Source: an uncultured bacterium (GTDB lineage: Bacteria; Bacillota_I; Bacilli_A; RF39; UBA660). Taken from it: a DNA stretch of 64,000 bases. Numbering within the stretch: the stretch's first letter is position 1; every line of letters starts with the position of its first letter. The notes under the pieces are model-generated. The model saw only the letters and a list, made by a program, of their open reading frames with translations, did no database searches and was not told the DNA's origin. Made by a program: the position numbers and the translations under genes. This document shows, piece after piece, positions 1-9,584 of this stretch. The stretch covers positions 147,123 through 211,122 of the forward strand of contig CANSHI010000002.1 in assembly GCA_947646655.1 (NCBI GenBank), read 5' to 3'.

Positions 1-697
1 ATACGTTATGGATCACGATAATGTGTACGTAGTAGTAACAGCGAGTGCACTTGAAAAAAAAGTAGTGGAACGAAGAGGAAAAAAGAATTTGGCTTTTTCT
101 TCGAACGGTGTAGATTATAGTTTTTATGAAAATTATGATGAAAATTTTGAGTTTGATGATGACTTTAAAAAAGTATTGGACATTGGAAAGCCAATTGTAT
201 GTTACTACGGAGCTCTTGCAAAATGGTTCGATTATGAGCTTGTGAAAAAAATAGCAAAGACCGATAAATATAGTATAGTTTTATTCGGTATTAAGTATGA
301 TGATGCTTTAGAAAACAGTGGTTTAGAGCAAGAAAAAAATGTTTATTTTATGGGACCGAGAGATTATAAAGTTTTAAAAAATTATGCAAAAAAGTGCGAT
401 GTTTTGACAATTCCATTTTTGTTAAATAGCATAACTGAGGCGACTAGTCCTGTTAAAATATTTGAATATATGGCATTGCATAAACCTATTGTTATCACAG
501 ATCTTTTAGAGTGTAGACAATATGAGAGTGTGATGATAGGTCATAGTCATGAAGAGTTTATACAAAAATTAGATGAGGCTCTTAATAAAAAAGATAATAA
601 AAAATATATAAATCTTTTAGATAAAGAAGCAAAAGAAAACGATTGGAGTAGTAAAGCTCAATCGATAATCGAATTGATAAAAAAGGATGAACATTAG
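1..697 (+). CDS. Glycosyltransferase family 1/4, C-terminal domain; the 5' end probably lies upstream of the window (the first in-window ATG is at 8)
   Basis: ORF 8..697; GT-B C-terminal-like motifs (EYMALHKPIVITD, GxxY core); no RBS context visible at the window edge. Confidence 0.5.
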   Translation, partial: YVMDHDNVYVVVTASALEKKVVERRGKKNLAFSSNGVDYSFYENYDENFEFDDDFKKVLDIGKPIVCYYGALAKWFDYELVKKIAKTDKYSIVLFGIKYDDALENSGLEQEKNVYFMGPRDYKVLKNYAKKCDVLTIPFLLNSITEATSPVKIFEYMALHKPIVITDLLECRQYESVMIGHSHEEFIQKLDEALNKKDNKKYINLLDKEAKENDWSSKAQSIIELIKKDEH

Positions 698-728
698 AGG
701 TTATAAATAGAAGGAAGGAAAAATTTAT

Positions 729-1334
729 ATGAAAAAAAGAGTGTTTACTTTATTAATATTGTTTGTAATGGTTTTAACAATGAGTTCTTGTGGAAAGACT
801 GAAAAGGAACCGAATATCGTTAAAGCAGAAATTACTATAAAAGGTAAAGGAGTAATAAAATTAGATTTAGATGCCGACACTGCGCCTATTACAGTGGCCA
901 ATTTCGTTAAGCTTGCCGATAGTGGATTTTATGATGGCTTGACTTTCCATAGAATCATCAAGGGATTTATGATACAAGGTGGTGATCCTCTAGGGACTGG
1001 TATGGGTGGTTCTGATGAGAAGATTAAAGGAGAGTTTAGTAAAAATGGAGTTGAAAACAATATAAGTCATAAACGTGGGGTTATATCTATGGCACGTTCA
1101 TCAGATAAAAATAGTGCTAGTAGTCAATTCTTTATTGTTCACGAGGATAGCCTTTATTTAGACGGTGAATATGCTGGATTTGGTCATGTTACAGAAGGTA
1201 TGGAAATTGTAGATGATTTAGCAGAAAATACTCCTGTGACTGATGGTGAAGGGACAGTAGCTAAAAAGAAACAGCCGGTTATTGAAAGTATAAAAATAAT
1301 ACATGAGGGAACAACTTTTGATGTAGAAAGCTAA
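729..1334 (+). CDS. Cyclophilin-type peptidyl-prolyl cis-trans isomerase, lipoprotein
   Basis: Signal peptide plus lipobox (LTMSSCG); cyclophilin core FHRIIKGFMIQGGDP; RBS GAAGGAAGGA upstream. Confidence 0.85.
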   Translation: MKKRVFTLLILFVMVLTMSSCGKTEKEPNIVKAEITIKGKGVIKLDLDADTAPITVANFVKLADSGFYDGLTFHRIIKGFMIQGGDPLGTGMGGSDEKIKGEFSKNGVENNISHKRGVISMARSSDKNSASSQFFIVHEDSLYLDGEYAGFGHVTEGMEIVDDLAENTPVTDGEGTVAKKKQPVIESIKIIHEGTTFDVES

Positions 1335-1414
1335 GTCGGCATTATAAGCTGACTTTTTAATTTGGTGAATAATTTTACGAATAAAGCGTAATATAATAAT
1401 GATACAATAAAAAA

Positions 1415-1441
1415 TTAGCACTTAGTATTGACAAGTGCTAA
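1415..1441. promoter_or_regulatory. CIRCE element (HrcA operator) upstream of hsp20
   Basis: TTAGCACTT-N9-AAGTGCTAA is a perfect 9-bp inverted repeat and matches the CIRCE consensus TTAGCACTC-N9-GAGTGCTAA at all but one position per arm; it overlaps the -35 element. Confidence 0.75.
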
Positions 1442-1456
1442 CTATAGTGATATGAT
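1428..1456 (+). promoter_or_regulatory. SigA-type promoter for hsp20 (-35 TTGACA, 17-nt spacer, -10 TATGAT)
   Basis: TTGACA at 1428-1433 and TATGAT at 1451-1456, 26 nt upstream of the hsp20 ATG. Confidence 0.55.
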
Positions 1457-1481
1457 TAGTTCAGAAAGGTGATGAAGAATT

Positions 1482-1874
1482 ATGAATTTAATTCCGAGAA
1501 AATATTTTTTAGACGACGATTTCTTTAACGATTTCTTTGAACCTACTTTAAGGGATCAAATGAAATGCGATATTTATGAGAAAGACGGTAAGTATCATAT
1601 AATTCTCGATGTACCAGGATATGATAAAGATGACATTAAGTTAGAATGTGATAATGGATACTTAACGATTTCTGCTGAAACAAGTTCTGAAGAGAACGAA
1701 GAGAATAAAAATTATATAAGACGTGAAAGACGTTATGGTTCGTTTACTAGATCTTTTTATGTGGGGGATATAGAAACAGATAAAATAGAGGCAGAATTTA
1801 AAAAAGGTACTTTAAAAATTATTGTTCCTAAAATAGATGAAAAGCCAACAAAAAAACAAATAGAAATTAAATAA
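1482..1874 (+). CDS. Hsp20/alpha-crystallin family small heat-shock protein
   Basis: 130 aa; alpha-crystallin domain pattern (DIYEKDGKYHIILDVPGYDKDDIKLE...GTLKIIVPK); CIRCE upstream. Confidence 0.9.
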   Translation: MNLIPRKYFLDDDFFNDFFEPTLRDQMKCDIYEKDGKYHIILDVPGYDKDDIKLECDNGYLTISAETSSEENEENKNYIRRERRYGSFTRSFYVGDIETDKIEAEFKKGTLKIIVPKIDEKPTKKQIEIK

Positions 1875-1980
1875 AAAAGTTTGTATATTTTTGGATTAAC
1901 TATCCATAATAATAGTGTAGATAATATTATCTACATCACTTGTAAGACGGTGAATAGTTTAGGCTCTGGCCTAGAAATTT

Positions 1981-2002
1981 GATAACTTAGGTTATCTTTT
2001 TT
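1981..2002 (+). terminator. Rho-independent terminator after hsp20
   Basis: GATAAC-ttag-GTTATC hairpin followed by TTTTTT. Confidence 0.5.
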
Positions 2003-2042
2003 CTTTAGTAAAATTGAATTGACAATTAAATAGTAAAATGGG

Positions 2043-2072
2043 TTGACCTTTATATAGCATTTCTTATATAAT
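2043..2072 (+). promoter_or_regulatory. Candidate SigA promoter for the tsaE operon (-35 TTGACC, 18-nt spacer, -10 TATAAT)
   Basis: TTGACC at 2043-2048 and TATAAT at 2067-2072. Confidence 0.45.
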
Positions 2073-2091
2073 TAAAATGGAGTGATAAAAT

Positions 2092-2559
2092 ATGAATAAT
2101 GAAAATGAATATAAATATACAAGCCATTGTGAAGAAGATACAATGGAGCTTGCCGAAAATATCGAATCTGAAAAATTTCCTAATATGGTAATTTGCCTCA
2201 AAGGAGAACTTGGAAGTGGGAAAACAGTTTTTGTAAAAGGTTTTGCAAAATCTTTAGGTATAGAAGAAACTATAACTAGTCCAACTTTTAATTTAGTAAA
2301 AGAATATGTGGTAGGAGAAAGCCCTCTTTATCATATGGATGTTTATAGATTAGAGGATGGCGACGACGGAACAGTTGGACTTACTGATTATTTTTCTAAA
2401 CGCGGCGTTACTATAATAGAATGGTCTGACATCATAAAAGATTCATTGCCTGAGGAAAGATTAGAAATAAAATTTAAAGTAATCGATGAAGACACTAGAG
2501 TTTTGACTTTGATTCCTTATGGACAAGTTTATGAAGATTTACTAAGCGCTGTTTTATAA
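2092..2559 (+). CDS. tsaE: tRNA threonylcarbamoyladenosine biosynthesis ATPase TsaE
   Basis: P-loop GELGSGKT; size and position at the head of the tsaE-tsaB-rimI-tsaD operon. Confidence 0.85.
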   Translation: MNNENEYKYTSHCEEDTMELAENIESEKFPNMVICLKGELGSGKTVFVKGFAKSLGIEETITSPTFNLVKEYVVGESPLYHMDVYRLEDGDDGTVGLTDYFSKRGVTIIEWSDIIKDSLPEERLEIKFKVIDEDTRVLTLIPYGQVYEDLLSAVL

Positions 2560-2665
2560 GTGCTTTTTTTGTGAAACAAGATTTAAAAAACTGTACTATA
2601 TAAGTTTAACGTGATAAAATATTAAAAGAAGAAAGCGAAAAAATTAACGTGAGGAGGAATAAAAA

Positions 2666-3229
2666 ATGAAAACTTTATTTATCGATACACATTCTGAAAA
2701 AGTAACAATTATTTTAGATACGGGGGTAGAAAAATTTAGAGGGGAAGCTCTAAGTGACAGAAGTCATAGTGAGACTGTCATTCCATTATTGAATGAATTG
2801 TTAGAAAAAGCTGATTTAAGTTCTAAAGATTTGGAACAGATAATCGTCGTGAATGGACCTGGTAGTTTTACAGGAGTGAGGATAGGAGTTACCATTGCTA
2901 AAACAATAGCTTATTTAGTGAACATTCCTATTAAGTCGATAAGCTCTCTAGAGATGTTTGGCGTAAGTGCTACAGAGGATTTTGATTTAGTGGGAGTATC
3001 TGACTCTAAAGGAGTTTATAGTGCTTTCTTTAAAGATGGGGAGTTTTGTGATTTTCAATATCAGAAACGTAGTATTTTTGAAGAAATGGTAAAAAGTGAA
3101 AATTTAAAAGTGTTAGAAAGTAAAACTATCGATTTAGATAAAATTTATAAATATTTAGAGACTAAAAATAGTGAAAATCCTCATTTAGTAAATCCTATTT
3201 ATATAAAGGAAATTGATGCGTTAAAATGA
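2666..3229 (+). CDS. tsaB: TsaB (YeaZ), the inactive Kae1 paralogue of the t6A pathway
   Basis: 187 aa; ASKHA-like N-terminus MKTLFIDTHSEKVTIIL; RBS GAGGAGGA; operon context. Confidence 0.8.
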   Translation: MKTLFIDTHSEKVTIILDTGVEKFRGEALSDRSHSETVIPLLNELLEKADLSSKDLEQIIVVNGPGSFTGVRIGVTIAKTIAYLVNIPIKSISSLEMFGVSATEDFDLVGVSDSKGVYSAFFKDGEFCDFQYQKRSIFEEMVKSENLKVLESKTIDLDKIYKYLETKNSENPHLVNPIYIKEIDALK

Positions 3230-3630
3230 TAAGAAAATATGAAGATAAAGATAAGATTAGAGTTACGGTACTCGGAAGAGTAATTTCAAGTAGTTACGAT
3301 GTAAGAAGTAAAAATGAAAAAGAAGAAATTTTAGTTTATGAAAAAGATGGGGAAGTTATCGGTTTTATTCAATATTTAAAGCTTTATGAGGTTTGTGATA
3401 TAGTCGATATTGTGGTTGATGAAAGATATAGACGAAGAAATATAGGTACTTACTTTTTGATGTATTTAAGTGAAGATCTAGATATTAAAAAATTTATGTT
3501 AGAGGTTCGTGAGTCTAATACAGTAGCGATTAAATTTTATGAAAAAAATGGATTTAAAAAATTAAGACCGATCGAAAATTACTATAAAAATGGGGAGACA
3601 GCTTTTGTAATGGAAAAGGTGATTAGATGA
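3226..3630 (+). CDS. rimI: Ribosomal-protein-alanine N-acetyltransferase RimI (GNAT)
   Basis: GNAT motif (RRRNIGTYF...KFYEKNGF); ATGA overlap with the tsaB stop. Confidence 0.8.
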   Translation: MIRKYEDKDKIRVTVLGRVISSSYDVRSKNEKEEILVYEKDGEVIGFIQYLKLYEVCDIVDIVVDERYRRRNIGTYFLMYLSEDLDIKKFMLEVRESNTVAIKFYEKNGFKKLRPIENYYKNGETAFVMEKVIR

Positions 3631-4643
3631 AAGATGTTTATATTTTAGGAGTTGAGACTAGTTGTGATGAGACAAGTATTTCCATAGTTAAAAATGGTTT
3701 TGTAGATGTTTATACTTGTGTTGCTACTCAAATGGATACCCATGCAGAGTTTGGTGGGGTTGTTCCTGAAATCGCTAGTAGAATGCATACAGAAAGCATT
3801 ACTTTGGTATTGGAAGATGTTCTTAAAAATTCTAATGTGTCTTGGGATATGATCGATGCCATAGCAGTTACTTATGCACCTGGTTTAATGGGATGTCTAT
3901 TAATAGGACTCGAGTTTGCAAAGACTTTGAGTTTGGTTCATAATAAGCCATTGATTAAAGTTCATCATATTGCTGGGCATATTTATGCTAATAACTTGGT
4001 TGAAAAAATCGAATTTCCGAGTCTAGCATTGGTTGTAAGTGGTGGACATACTGAGTTAGTTTTAATGAAAGATGATTATGACTTCGATGTATTGGGTACT
4101 ACTTTAGATGATGCAGTTGGGGAATGCTTTGATAAAGTGGCTAGAGTTTTAGGTTTAAAATATCCAGGTGGACCTAACGTGGAGAGATGTGCACTTCAAG
4201 GAAAACCTATATACGATTTGCCAATTCCTATGAATGACGATAGTTTGAATTTTTCTTACAGTGGATTAAAGAGCTTTATTATTAATTTAGTTCATAATGA
4301 AAATCAAAGAGGTGTAGAGATAAATTCTTGTGATGTAGCTAAATCTTTTCAAGATGTTGCAATCGAACAATTGGTCCGTAAAACTAAAATGGCTATCGAA
4401 AAGTACGGAATTAACAGAATGGTTGTTGCAGGTGGTGTTAGTGCAAGTCAATATTTAAGAGATGAGTTAACAAAGATGTGCAAAGAAAAAAATGTTCATC
4501 TTTCTATACCACCTTTAAAATATTGTACAGATAATGCAACAATGATTGCGGCAGCTGCATATCCACTTTTCTTAAAAAAAGAATTTAGTGATTATTCAAT
4601 AAATGCTAAAAGTCATGAATACTTTTTCGACAAAAAAGACTAA
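3627..4643 (+). CDS. tsaD: tRNA N6-adenosine threonylcarbamoyltransferase TsaD
   Basis: Kae1/TsaD signatures (GVETSCDETS, metal-binding H..H, VVAGGVSAS); ATGA overlap with rimI. Confidence 0.9.
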   Translation: MKDVYILGVETSCDETSISIVKNGFVDVYTCVATQMDTHAEFGGVVPEIASRMHTESITLVLEDVLKNSNVSWDMIDAIAVTYAPGLMGCLLIGLEFAKTLSLVHNKPLIKVHHIAGHIYANNLVEKIEFPSLALVVSGGHTELVLMKDDYDFDVLGTTLDDAVGECFDKVARVLGLKYPGGPNVERCALQGKPIYDLPIPMNDDSLNFSYSGLKSFIINLVHNENQRGVEINSCDVAKSFQDVAIEQLVRKTKMAIEKYGINRMVVAGGVSASQYLRDELTKMCKEKNVHLSIPPLKYCTDNATMIAAAAYPLFLKKEFSDYSINAKSHEYFFDKKD

Positions 4644-4685
4644 TTGAAATAATTAATAAATCGTAGTAAAATAAATTAGGTGAAA

Positions 4686-5213
4686 ATGATGGAAAACCAA
4701 AATTATTTTGTATTTGCAGTCATGATTGCTATAATCGTACCAGTGGCGATTGGAAGTATTTATTTTATTAATATGTATAAAAAAAGGGGTTCTGGTGTGT
4801 ATATTTCTAATTTGATTACCGAAAATGAAATACTTATATTGGGGGATTTAGAATTGGATAATCTTACAAATAAAAAAGAACAAGTTCATTCTCTCGATTT
4901 AGTAGTTAAATATACATATGGAGTAAGTGAAGTTCAAAATTATAATATTTATTTAGATGAAGTTTTTTTAAAACCTGGTATAAGTCTTAAAAAAATAAAA
5001 TGGGATCTTTTAATGTTAGATGAAGATGACAATAAATATTTACAACTCGATTTTGGGGATTTTGATGAATTGGTTAATGGGAAATTAAGCATAAGTCCAA
5101 ACATTCAAATTGGAAAAGGTCATACTCAGAGATTTAAATTAAACTATTATTATAATTCGGAAGATGAGATTTTTAACAGGACAGATTTTTATGCAAAAGT
5201 AATTTTAGAGTAG
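4686..5213 (+). CDS. Hypothetical protein with an N-terminal transmembrane anchor
   Basis: The ORF-track start at 4680 is GTG; ATG at 4686/4689 follows AGGTGA; one hydrophobic helix, then a soluble domain. Confidence 0.5.
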   Translation: MMENQNYFVFAVMIAIIVPVAIGSIYFINMYKKRGSGVYISNLITENEILILGDLELDNLTNKKEQVHSLDLVVKYTYGVSEVQNYNIYLDEVFLKPGISLKKIKWDLLMLDEDDNKYLQLDFGDFDELVNGKLSISPNIQIGKGHTQRFKLNYYYNSEDEIFNRTDFYAKVILE

Positions 5214-5224
5214 GTGGTAGTTAT

Positions 5225-5956
5225 ATGGCTTTAATAGCAACTTTAATAGCGGGAATGTTTTTTTTAGTAGGAGCAGTCTTAGCGATTTTTGGAAAAAATA
5301 AAAAATGGTTAACAGAGTTTTCTATAGGAATGGCTTTTAGTGTTATAGTATTACTTTTAACATTTGACATTGTACCAGAGGTTACAGAATTATATGGAGA
5401 TTCCAAAATATTTATGTACATTTTTATAGTCATAGGAATAGTTACTTTAAAGCTTATTGATTTGTTAGTTCCTCATCACGATCATGAGAGTGAAATAAAG
5501 ACACATGAAAGACATTTGAAACACATCGGGATTATCAGTTCATTAGCTTTAATCGTGCATAATATTATAGAAGGAATCGGTATATATAATATAACATTAT
5601 TAGATTCGAAAGCTGGCTTATTAATGGCTATTGCCGTAGGACTTCACAATGTGCCTTTTGGAATAGAGATTACTGCAACTTTAAATGAAACAAAAAAAGG
5701 TAAAATTAATACAATAGTAAACGTTTTACTTTTAACATTTAGTACTGTAGTGGGTGCATTATTAATGATGATATTTAAGTCTATAAGCGATTTTGTTTTA
5801 GCATCTTTAATGAGTTTGACTATTGGAATGATTATATATTTAATATTATTTGAATTATTAGTTGAAATCGGTTCTTCTAAAAGTAGAAAGTCATCTACTT
5901 TGGGAATCGTTTTAGGAATAATATTAATGGTTTTAGTTTTGGTTATTGGAGGCTAG
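5225..5956 (+). CDS. ZIP-family divalent metal transporter (ZupT-like)
   Basis: Polytopic; His-rich loop HHDHESE; conserved HNxxEG and GLHNVPFG motifs. Confidence 0.8.
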   Translation: MALIATLIAGMFFLVGAVLAIFGKNKKWLTEFSIGMAFSVIVLLLTFDIVPEVTELYGDSKIFMYIFIVIGIVTLKLIDLLVPHHDHESEIKTHERHLKHIGIISSLALIVHNIIEGIGIYNITLLDSKAGLLMAIAVGLHNVPFGIEITATLNETKKGKINTIVNVLLLTFSTVVGALLMMIFKSISDFVLASLMSLTIGMIIYLILFELLVEIGSSKSRKSSTLGIVLGIILMVLVLVIGG

Positions 5957-5959
5957 TAG

Positions 5960-6862
5960 ATGAGAGATGTTTTGATTACAGGTGGTATTGGTAAAATCGG
6001 TTTTGATTTGGTTAATAGATTATTAGATACAAATTGTAATATTACAATTCTCGATTTAGATAGTAAAAAAGCTTTAAAAAAAATTAGTAAAATAAAAGAT
6101 CGAGTGAGAGTAGTTTATGGAGATATTGAGGATGTAAATCTGATAAGAGATCTAGTTAAAAGAAATGATATTGTAATAAATTATGCTGGTATTATGCCTC
6201 CTTTGGCAAACTTAAATGAGTCACTGGCAAATGCGACTAATTATATTGGTGTTAAAAATATTGTCGATATGATAAATGAAGTAAATCCTGATTGTTTGCT
6301 CATTCAGATGTCATTCATTAGTATATATGGAATAAGTGATAATGTAAAAAGAAAAATAAATGTGGAGTCTTTGAGCACTTATCCCGATGATTATTATTCT
6401 ATCAGTTTAATGAAAAGTGAAAATTATATTAAAGAAAAATTAAAGAAATATTGTATTTTAAGAATGCCAATCGTTCTTACTCAAAAAAATTATTTTATCG
6501 ATCATATGAGTTTAAACAAGAACATCGATTTTATAACTAAAGAAGACTTAAACGAAATAGTTATAAATATTATGAAGAACAAAAATATACATGGAAAAGT
6601 ATTTAATATTAGTGGATTTAAAGTTAATAGCAATAGAATTGTGGAGAAAATGTATAAAGAGACAGGCATCATACATTTGTTAGGAAGAAAGCTTTATTAT
6701 GGGGAATATGAAGATGCTAATAAAATAGAGAAAGTTTATAAAATGGATTATACTCAATTTGAAAAAATTGATAAAAGTAAAACGAGCTTTTTAGTAGTAA
6801 TTCGAAAAGTAATTAATTTACCAAAGTACTGGATTTTTAAGAGTAGATGTAAGAAAAAATAA
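5960..6862 (+). CDS. NAD-dependent epimerase/dehydratase (SDR) family protein
   Basis: Rossmann motif ITGGIGKIGFDL at the N-terminus; RBS GGAGG. Confidence 0.7.
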   Translation: MRDVLITGGIGKIGFDLVNRLLDTNCNITILDLDSKKALKKISKIKDRVRVVYGDIEDVNLIRDLVKRNDIVINYAGIMPPLANLNESLANATNYIGVKNIVDMINEVNPDCLLIQMSFISIYGISDNVKRKINVESLSTYPDDYYSISLMKSENYIKEKLKKYCILRMPIVLTQKNYFIDHMSLNKNIDFITKEDLNEIVINIMKNKNIHGKVFNISGFKVNSNRIVEKMYKETGIIHLLGRKLYYGEYEDANKIEKVYKMDYTQFEKIDKSKTSFLVVIRKVINLPKYWIFKSRCKKK

Positions 6863-6865
6863 TAC

Positions 6866-6895
6866 TTGGCTTATCCAGGCTTTTTTATTATGGTT
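6866..6895 (+). terminator. Possible terminator after the epimerase-family gene
   Basis: CTTGG-cttat-CCAGG hairpin followed by CTTTTTTATT. Confidence 0.4.
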
Positions 6896-6962
6896 AAAAA
6901 TGTACGGGAGTTGACAATCATTTCAAAAACAATTATAGTTAGATTGTTAGGACGTGATCACC

Positions 6963-7733
6963 ATGGAAATAAAAAATTTTAAGAAGCTTCGAGGAAACGT
7001 TTATGAAATAGAGTTGGATGATTTTAGAAAGTTCAAACTTTATGACGATATAATTTTAAAATATGAACTTTTAATCGAGAAAAGACTTACTAAAAAAAAG
7101 TTAGAGACTATTATTAATGAAAACAACTTGTTAGATGCCTATTACCAATCATTAAAATACATAAGTATTAAGATGAGATCTGAGGTTGAAGTTAGAGAAT
7201 ATTTAAGAAAAAAAAGCTTTAGTGTGTTTGAGGCAGACTATGCAGTTACGAGACTGAGAAACGATGGTTATATTAATGAGGTTTTATATGTTCAAGCTTT
7301 CATAAATGATGCTTTAAATTTAAGTTTAGATGGTCCTAAAAAAATAAGTGAAAACTTGAAGCGATTAGGTATTGATGAGTCCTTAGTAAATGAGCATTTA
7401 AACAAAGTGAATAGGAAAGAGTGGCTAAATAGAATTGAGAGAGTCCTTCAAAAAAAAGCTAAGATAAATAAAACTAGTGAGAAAATGTTTAAAAATAAAA
7501 TTACTGCTGATCTTTTAAATTTGGGTTATTTTTATGAGGATATTAAAAATCGTGTAGATGATTTTCATATCGATGCGAGCGGGGCATTTTTAAAAGAAGC
7601 AGATAAAATCTATAGCAAACTAGCCATAAAATACAGTGGTACAGAGCTAGTACTGCGTTTTAAGCAAAAGCTTTTTACTAAAGGTTACGATGCCGATTTA
7701 ATAAATAATTATATAAATGAAAAGAGCTACTAG
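6963..7733 (+). CDS. recX: Recombination regulator RecX-like
   Basis: About 257 aa, with repeated helical modules typical of RecX (..YINEVLYVQAFINDAL.., ..GPKKISENLKRLGIDESLV..); the track start at 6954 is GTG and ATG 6963 follows an RBS. Confidence 0.5.
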   Translation: MEIKNFKKLRGNVYEIELDDFRKFKLYDDIILKYELLIEKRLTKKKLETIINENNLLDAYYQSLKYISIKMRSEVEVREYLRKKSFSVFEADYAVTRLRNDGYINEVLYVQAFINDALNLSLDGPKKISENLKRLGIDESLVNEHLNKVNRKEWLNRIERVLQKKAKINKTSEKMFKNKITADLLNLGYFYEDIKNRVDDFHIDASGAFLKEADKIYSKLAIKYSGTELVLRFKQKLFTKGYDADLINNYINEKSY

Positions 7734-7748
7734 CTCTTTATTTTATGA
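7721..7748. terminator. Possible bidirectional terminator between convergent genes
   Basis: AAAGAGCTA-c-TAGCTCTTT hairpin with T-rich flanks; it overlaps both stop codons, so support is weak. Confidence 0.35.
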
Positions 7749-8121
7749 ATTTATTATTGTTATTATAATTGTCAGAAAAGTTGTCGATTGGAGTATTATC
7801 TTCGGTCCTTTTAGTTAGATCAACACCAAAAGGATTAACTTTTTGTTCTTGTTCCATTACATCACTAGTAACAATGTTGACTTTTTCTTGGTTATTGATA
7901 AATTGGTCTTGATTGTTATTTTTAAATTCTACATTTTTTTTCTCATCCATAATTTTTACTAGTGACTCTTCTTCATGTAGTTTGGTCGGATCGAAAAGGC
8001 TTTTTTCTTTTTTCCCCTGTTTATTTTTGATTAAGAAAGTAATTAGGAAGTAGATCCCTAAAAGTACTATTATACTAATTAATACGACAATTATTATTAA
8101 TATGATCTGATTAATATCCAT
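7738..8121 (-). CDS. Hypothetical small membrane protein
   Basis: The start is moved to the internal Met (MDINQIILIIIVVLISIIVLLG) with RBS GGAGAA, because the longer ORF would run through the prsA terminator; one TM helix. Confidence 0.45.
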   Translation of the reverse strand: MDINQIILIIIVVLISIIVLLGIYFLITFLIKNKQGKKEKSLFDPTKLHEEESLVKIMDEKKNVEFKNNNQDQFINNQEKVNIVTSDVMEQEQKVNPFGVDLTKRTEDNTPIDNFSDNYNNNNKFIK

Positions 8122-8166
8122 AATATCTATTCTCCTATTCAATGAGATTATATCATATTTTTGATC

Positions 8167-8188
8167 AAAAAAAAACCACAATTTGTGG
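8167..8188 (-). terminator. Rho-independent terminator of prsA
   Basis: On the minus strand there is a CCACA/TGTGG hairpin immediately after the prsA stop, followed by a run of 9 T. Confidence 0.6.
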
Positions 8189-9220
8189 CTATTTTGAAGA
8201 GTCTAGATTGCTTTGACGTGCTTGCTCGAGTAATCTATCGACATATCTGTTGTAATCTTTATTAACTTCAGAATCGATAATGTTTACACCTTTTGATTTA
8301 CGCAATTCTGATATTGCTGTTACTTGTAATGTCGCATCTTCTGTTAATTTTTTATCAGCTAGAGTCTTTTTTATATCGTCTTTTTTACTATCCAATGAAG
8401 CTTTTTCATTTTCACTTTTAACGAATACGATTTCGTAGCCATTTGTCGTTTTTACAGGAGTAGTAGAAAACTCTCCAACTTTAAGATTATAAACTTCTTT
8501 GTCAAATTCATCACTACCATAATCGCCTTTGTTGATGAAGCCTAAACTTCCTCCTGATTCTTTAGTAGAATCATCTTGAGAATTTTCTTTAGCTAAATCT
8601 TCAAAAGATTTTTCTCCTTTTTTTAGGCTAGCAATAATGGATTTTGCTTTATTTTCAGCTTCTTCTTCTTTAGATTTCTTTTCTTCATCAGTCATAGAGT
8701 CTTTTACATCTGGAATTATTTGAATATGTAGAACTTCACGATCTCCAACAATTTCATCTTCATAGTATTTCTCAATATCTTTATCAGAAATTAATCCTGC
8801 TGCATAATCGTCAATTGCTTTATTTCTTAAAAAGTTTATTCTGACAGATTCTTGAAATTCTTCTAATGAATTATAACCATAGTATTGTTTAATACTTGCT
8901 AATAGTTCCTGTTCATTGTAATTTCCATTTTCGTCTTTTGAGTAATTTTTTAAAGAATCGATATAGTTTGCTGCGTATGTTTTAGAAGCCTCAATTTCAT
9001 CTTTGTATTGATCCTCCAGTATTTTCTTATCGATCATATCTATTATAAGAGATGTTGCATAAGATTTTTTAAGTTCATTATATAGTTCATCAACACTTAT
9101 TTTAGATCCATCTTCAAAAGTAACTACTGCATTTTGTCCATTTTCAAGTGTTGGTATTGTTTTGCCACAGCCACTCATCAAAGTCAAAATTGCTACTCCT
9201 AAAATTATTTTCTTTTTCAT
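8189..9220 (-). CDS. prsA: Foldase PrsA (parvulin-type PPIase lipoprotein)
   Basis: Lipobox LMSGCG; PpiC/parvulin domain (GGSLGFINKGDYGSDEFDKEVYNLKVGEFS). Confidence 0.85.
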   Translation of the reverse strand: MKKKIILGVAILTLMSGCGKTIPTLENGQNAVVTFEDGSKISVDELYNELKKSYATSLIIDMIDKKILEDQYKDEIEASKTYAANYIDSLKNYSKDENGNYNEQELLASIKQYYGYNSLEEFQESVRINFLRNKAIDDYAAGLISDKDIEKYYEDEIVGDREVLHIQIIPDVKDSMTDEEKKSKEEEAENKAKSIIASLKKGEKSFEDLAKENSQDDSTKESGGSLGFINKGDYGSDEFDKEVYNLKVGEFSTTPVKTTNGYEIVFVKSENEKASLDSKKDDIKKTLADKKLTEDATLQVTAISELRKSKGVNIIDSEVNKDYNRYVDRLLEQARQSNLDSSK

Positions 9221-9402
9221 TTTATTTCCTCCCTAACATTAATTATCATATCAAATTGAAGTTTAAAATACAAGTAAATAAGGGAAATTTTATGAATTTG
9301 ACAAAGTTGAGTAAATAAGGGAATTATTTTAATGCAAGATTAAGAACCTTTTAGATGACTTTGCCATACAATACAATGTAAAGATAAAAAGGAGGGGTAA
9401 TT

Positions 9403-9507
9403 ATGAATCAATGTGGTTGTTCAAACAATACTGGAGTTACTGGTGCAGCATTTATCTTAGTATTATTCATTTTATTAGTTATCATTATCGGTGCAGCTCT
9501 TTACTAA
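9403..9507 (+). CDS. YjcZ-like small sporulation-family membrane peptide (34 aa); below the ORF-track size cutoff
   Basis: The peptide MNQCGCSNNTGVTGAAFILVLFILLVIIIGAALY has strong RBS AAAGGAGGGG 7 nt upstream; its Gly/Cys N-terminus plus FxLIVVLFILLIIxG core resembles the YjcZ family. Confidence 0.55.
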   Translation: MNQCGCSNNTGVTGAAFILVLFILLVIIIGAALY

Positions 9508-9554
9508 GAGTAGCAGTAACACGGTAAAACTTAGTCATTTATTCTTCTAATTTG

Positions 9555-9584
9555 GTTTAGCCAAAAAAAAGTTGCTTGTAATTA
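9555..9584 (-). terminator. Possible terminator of rpmB
   Basis: On the minus strand a TGCTT-aattac-AAGCA hairpin spanning the stop is followed by 8 T. Confidence 0.4.
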
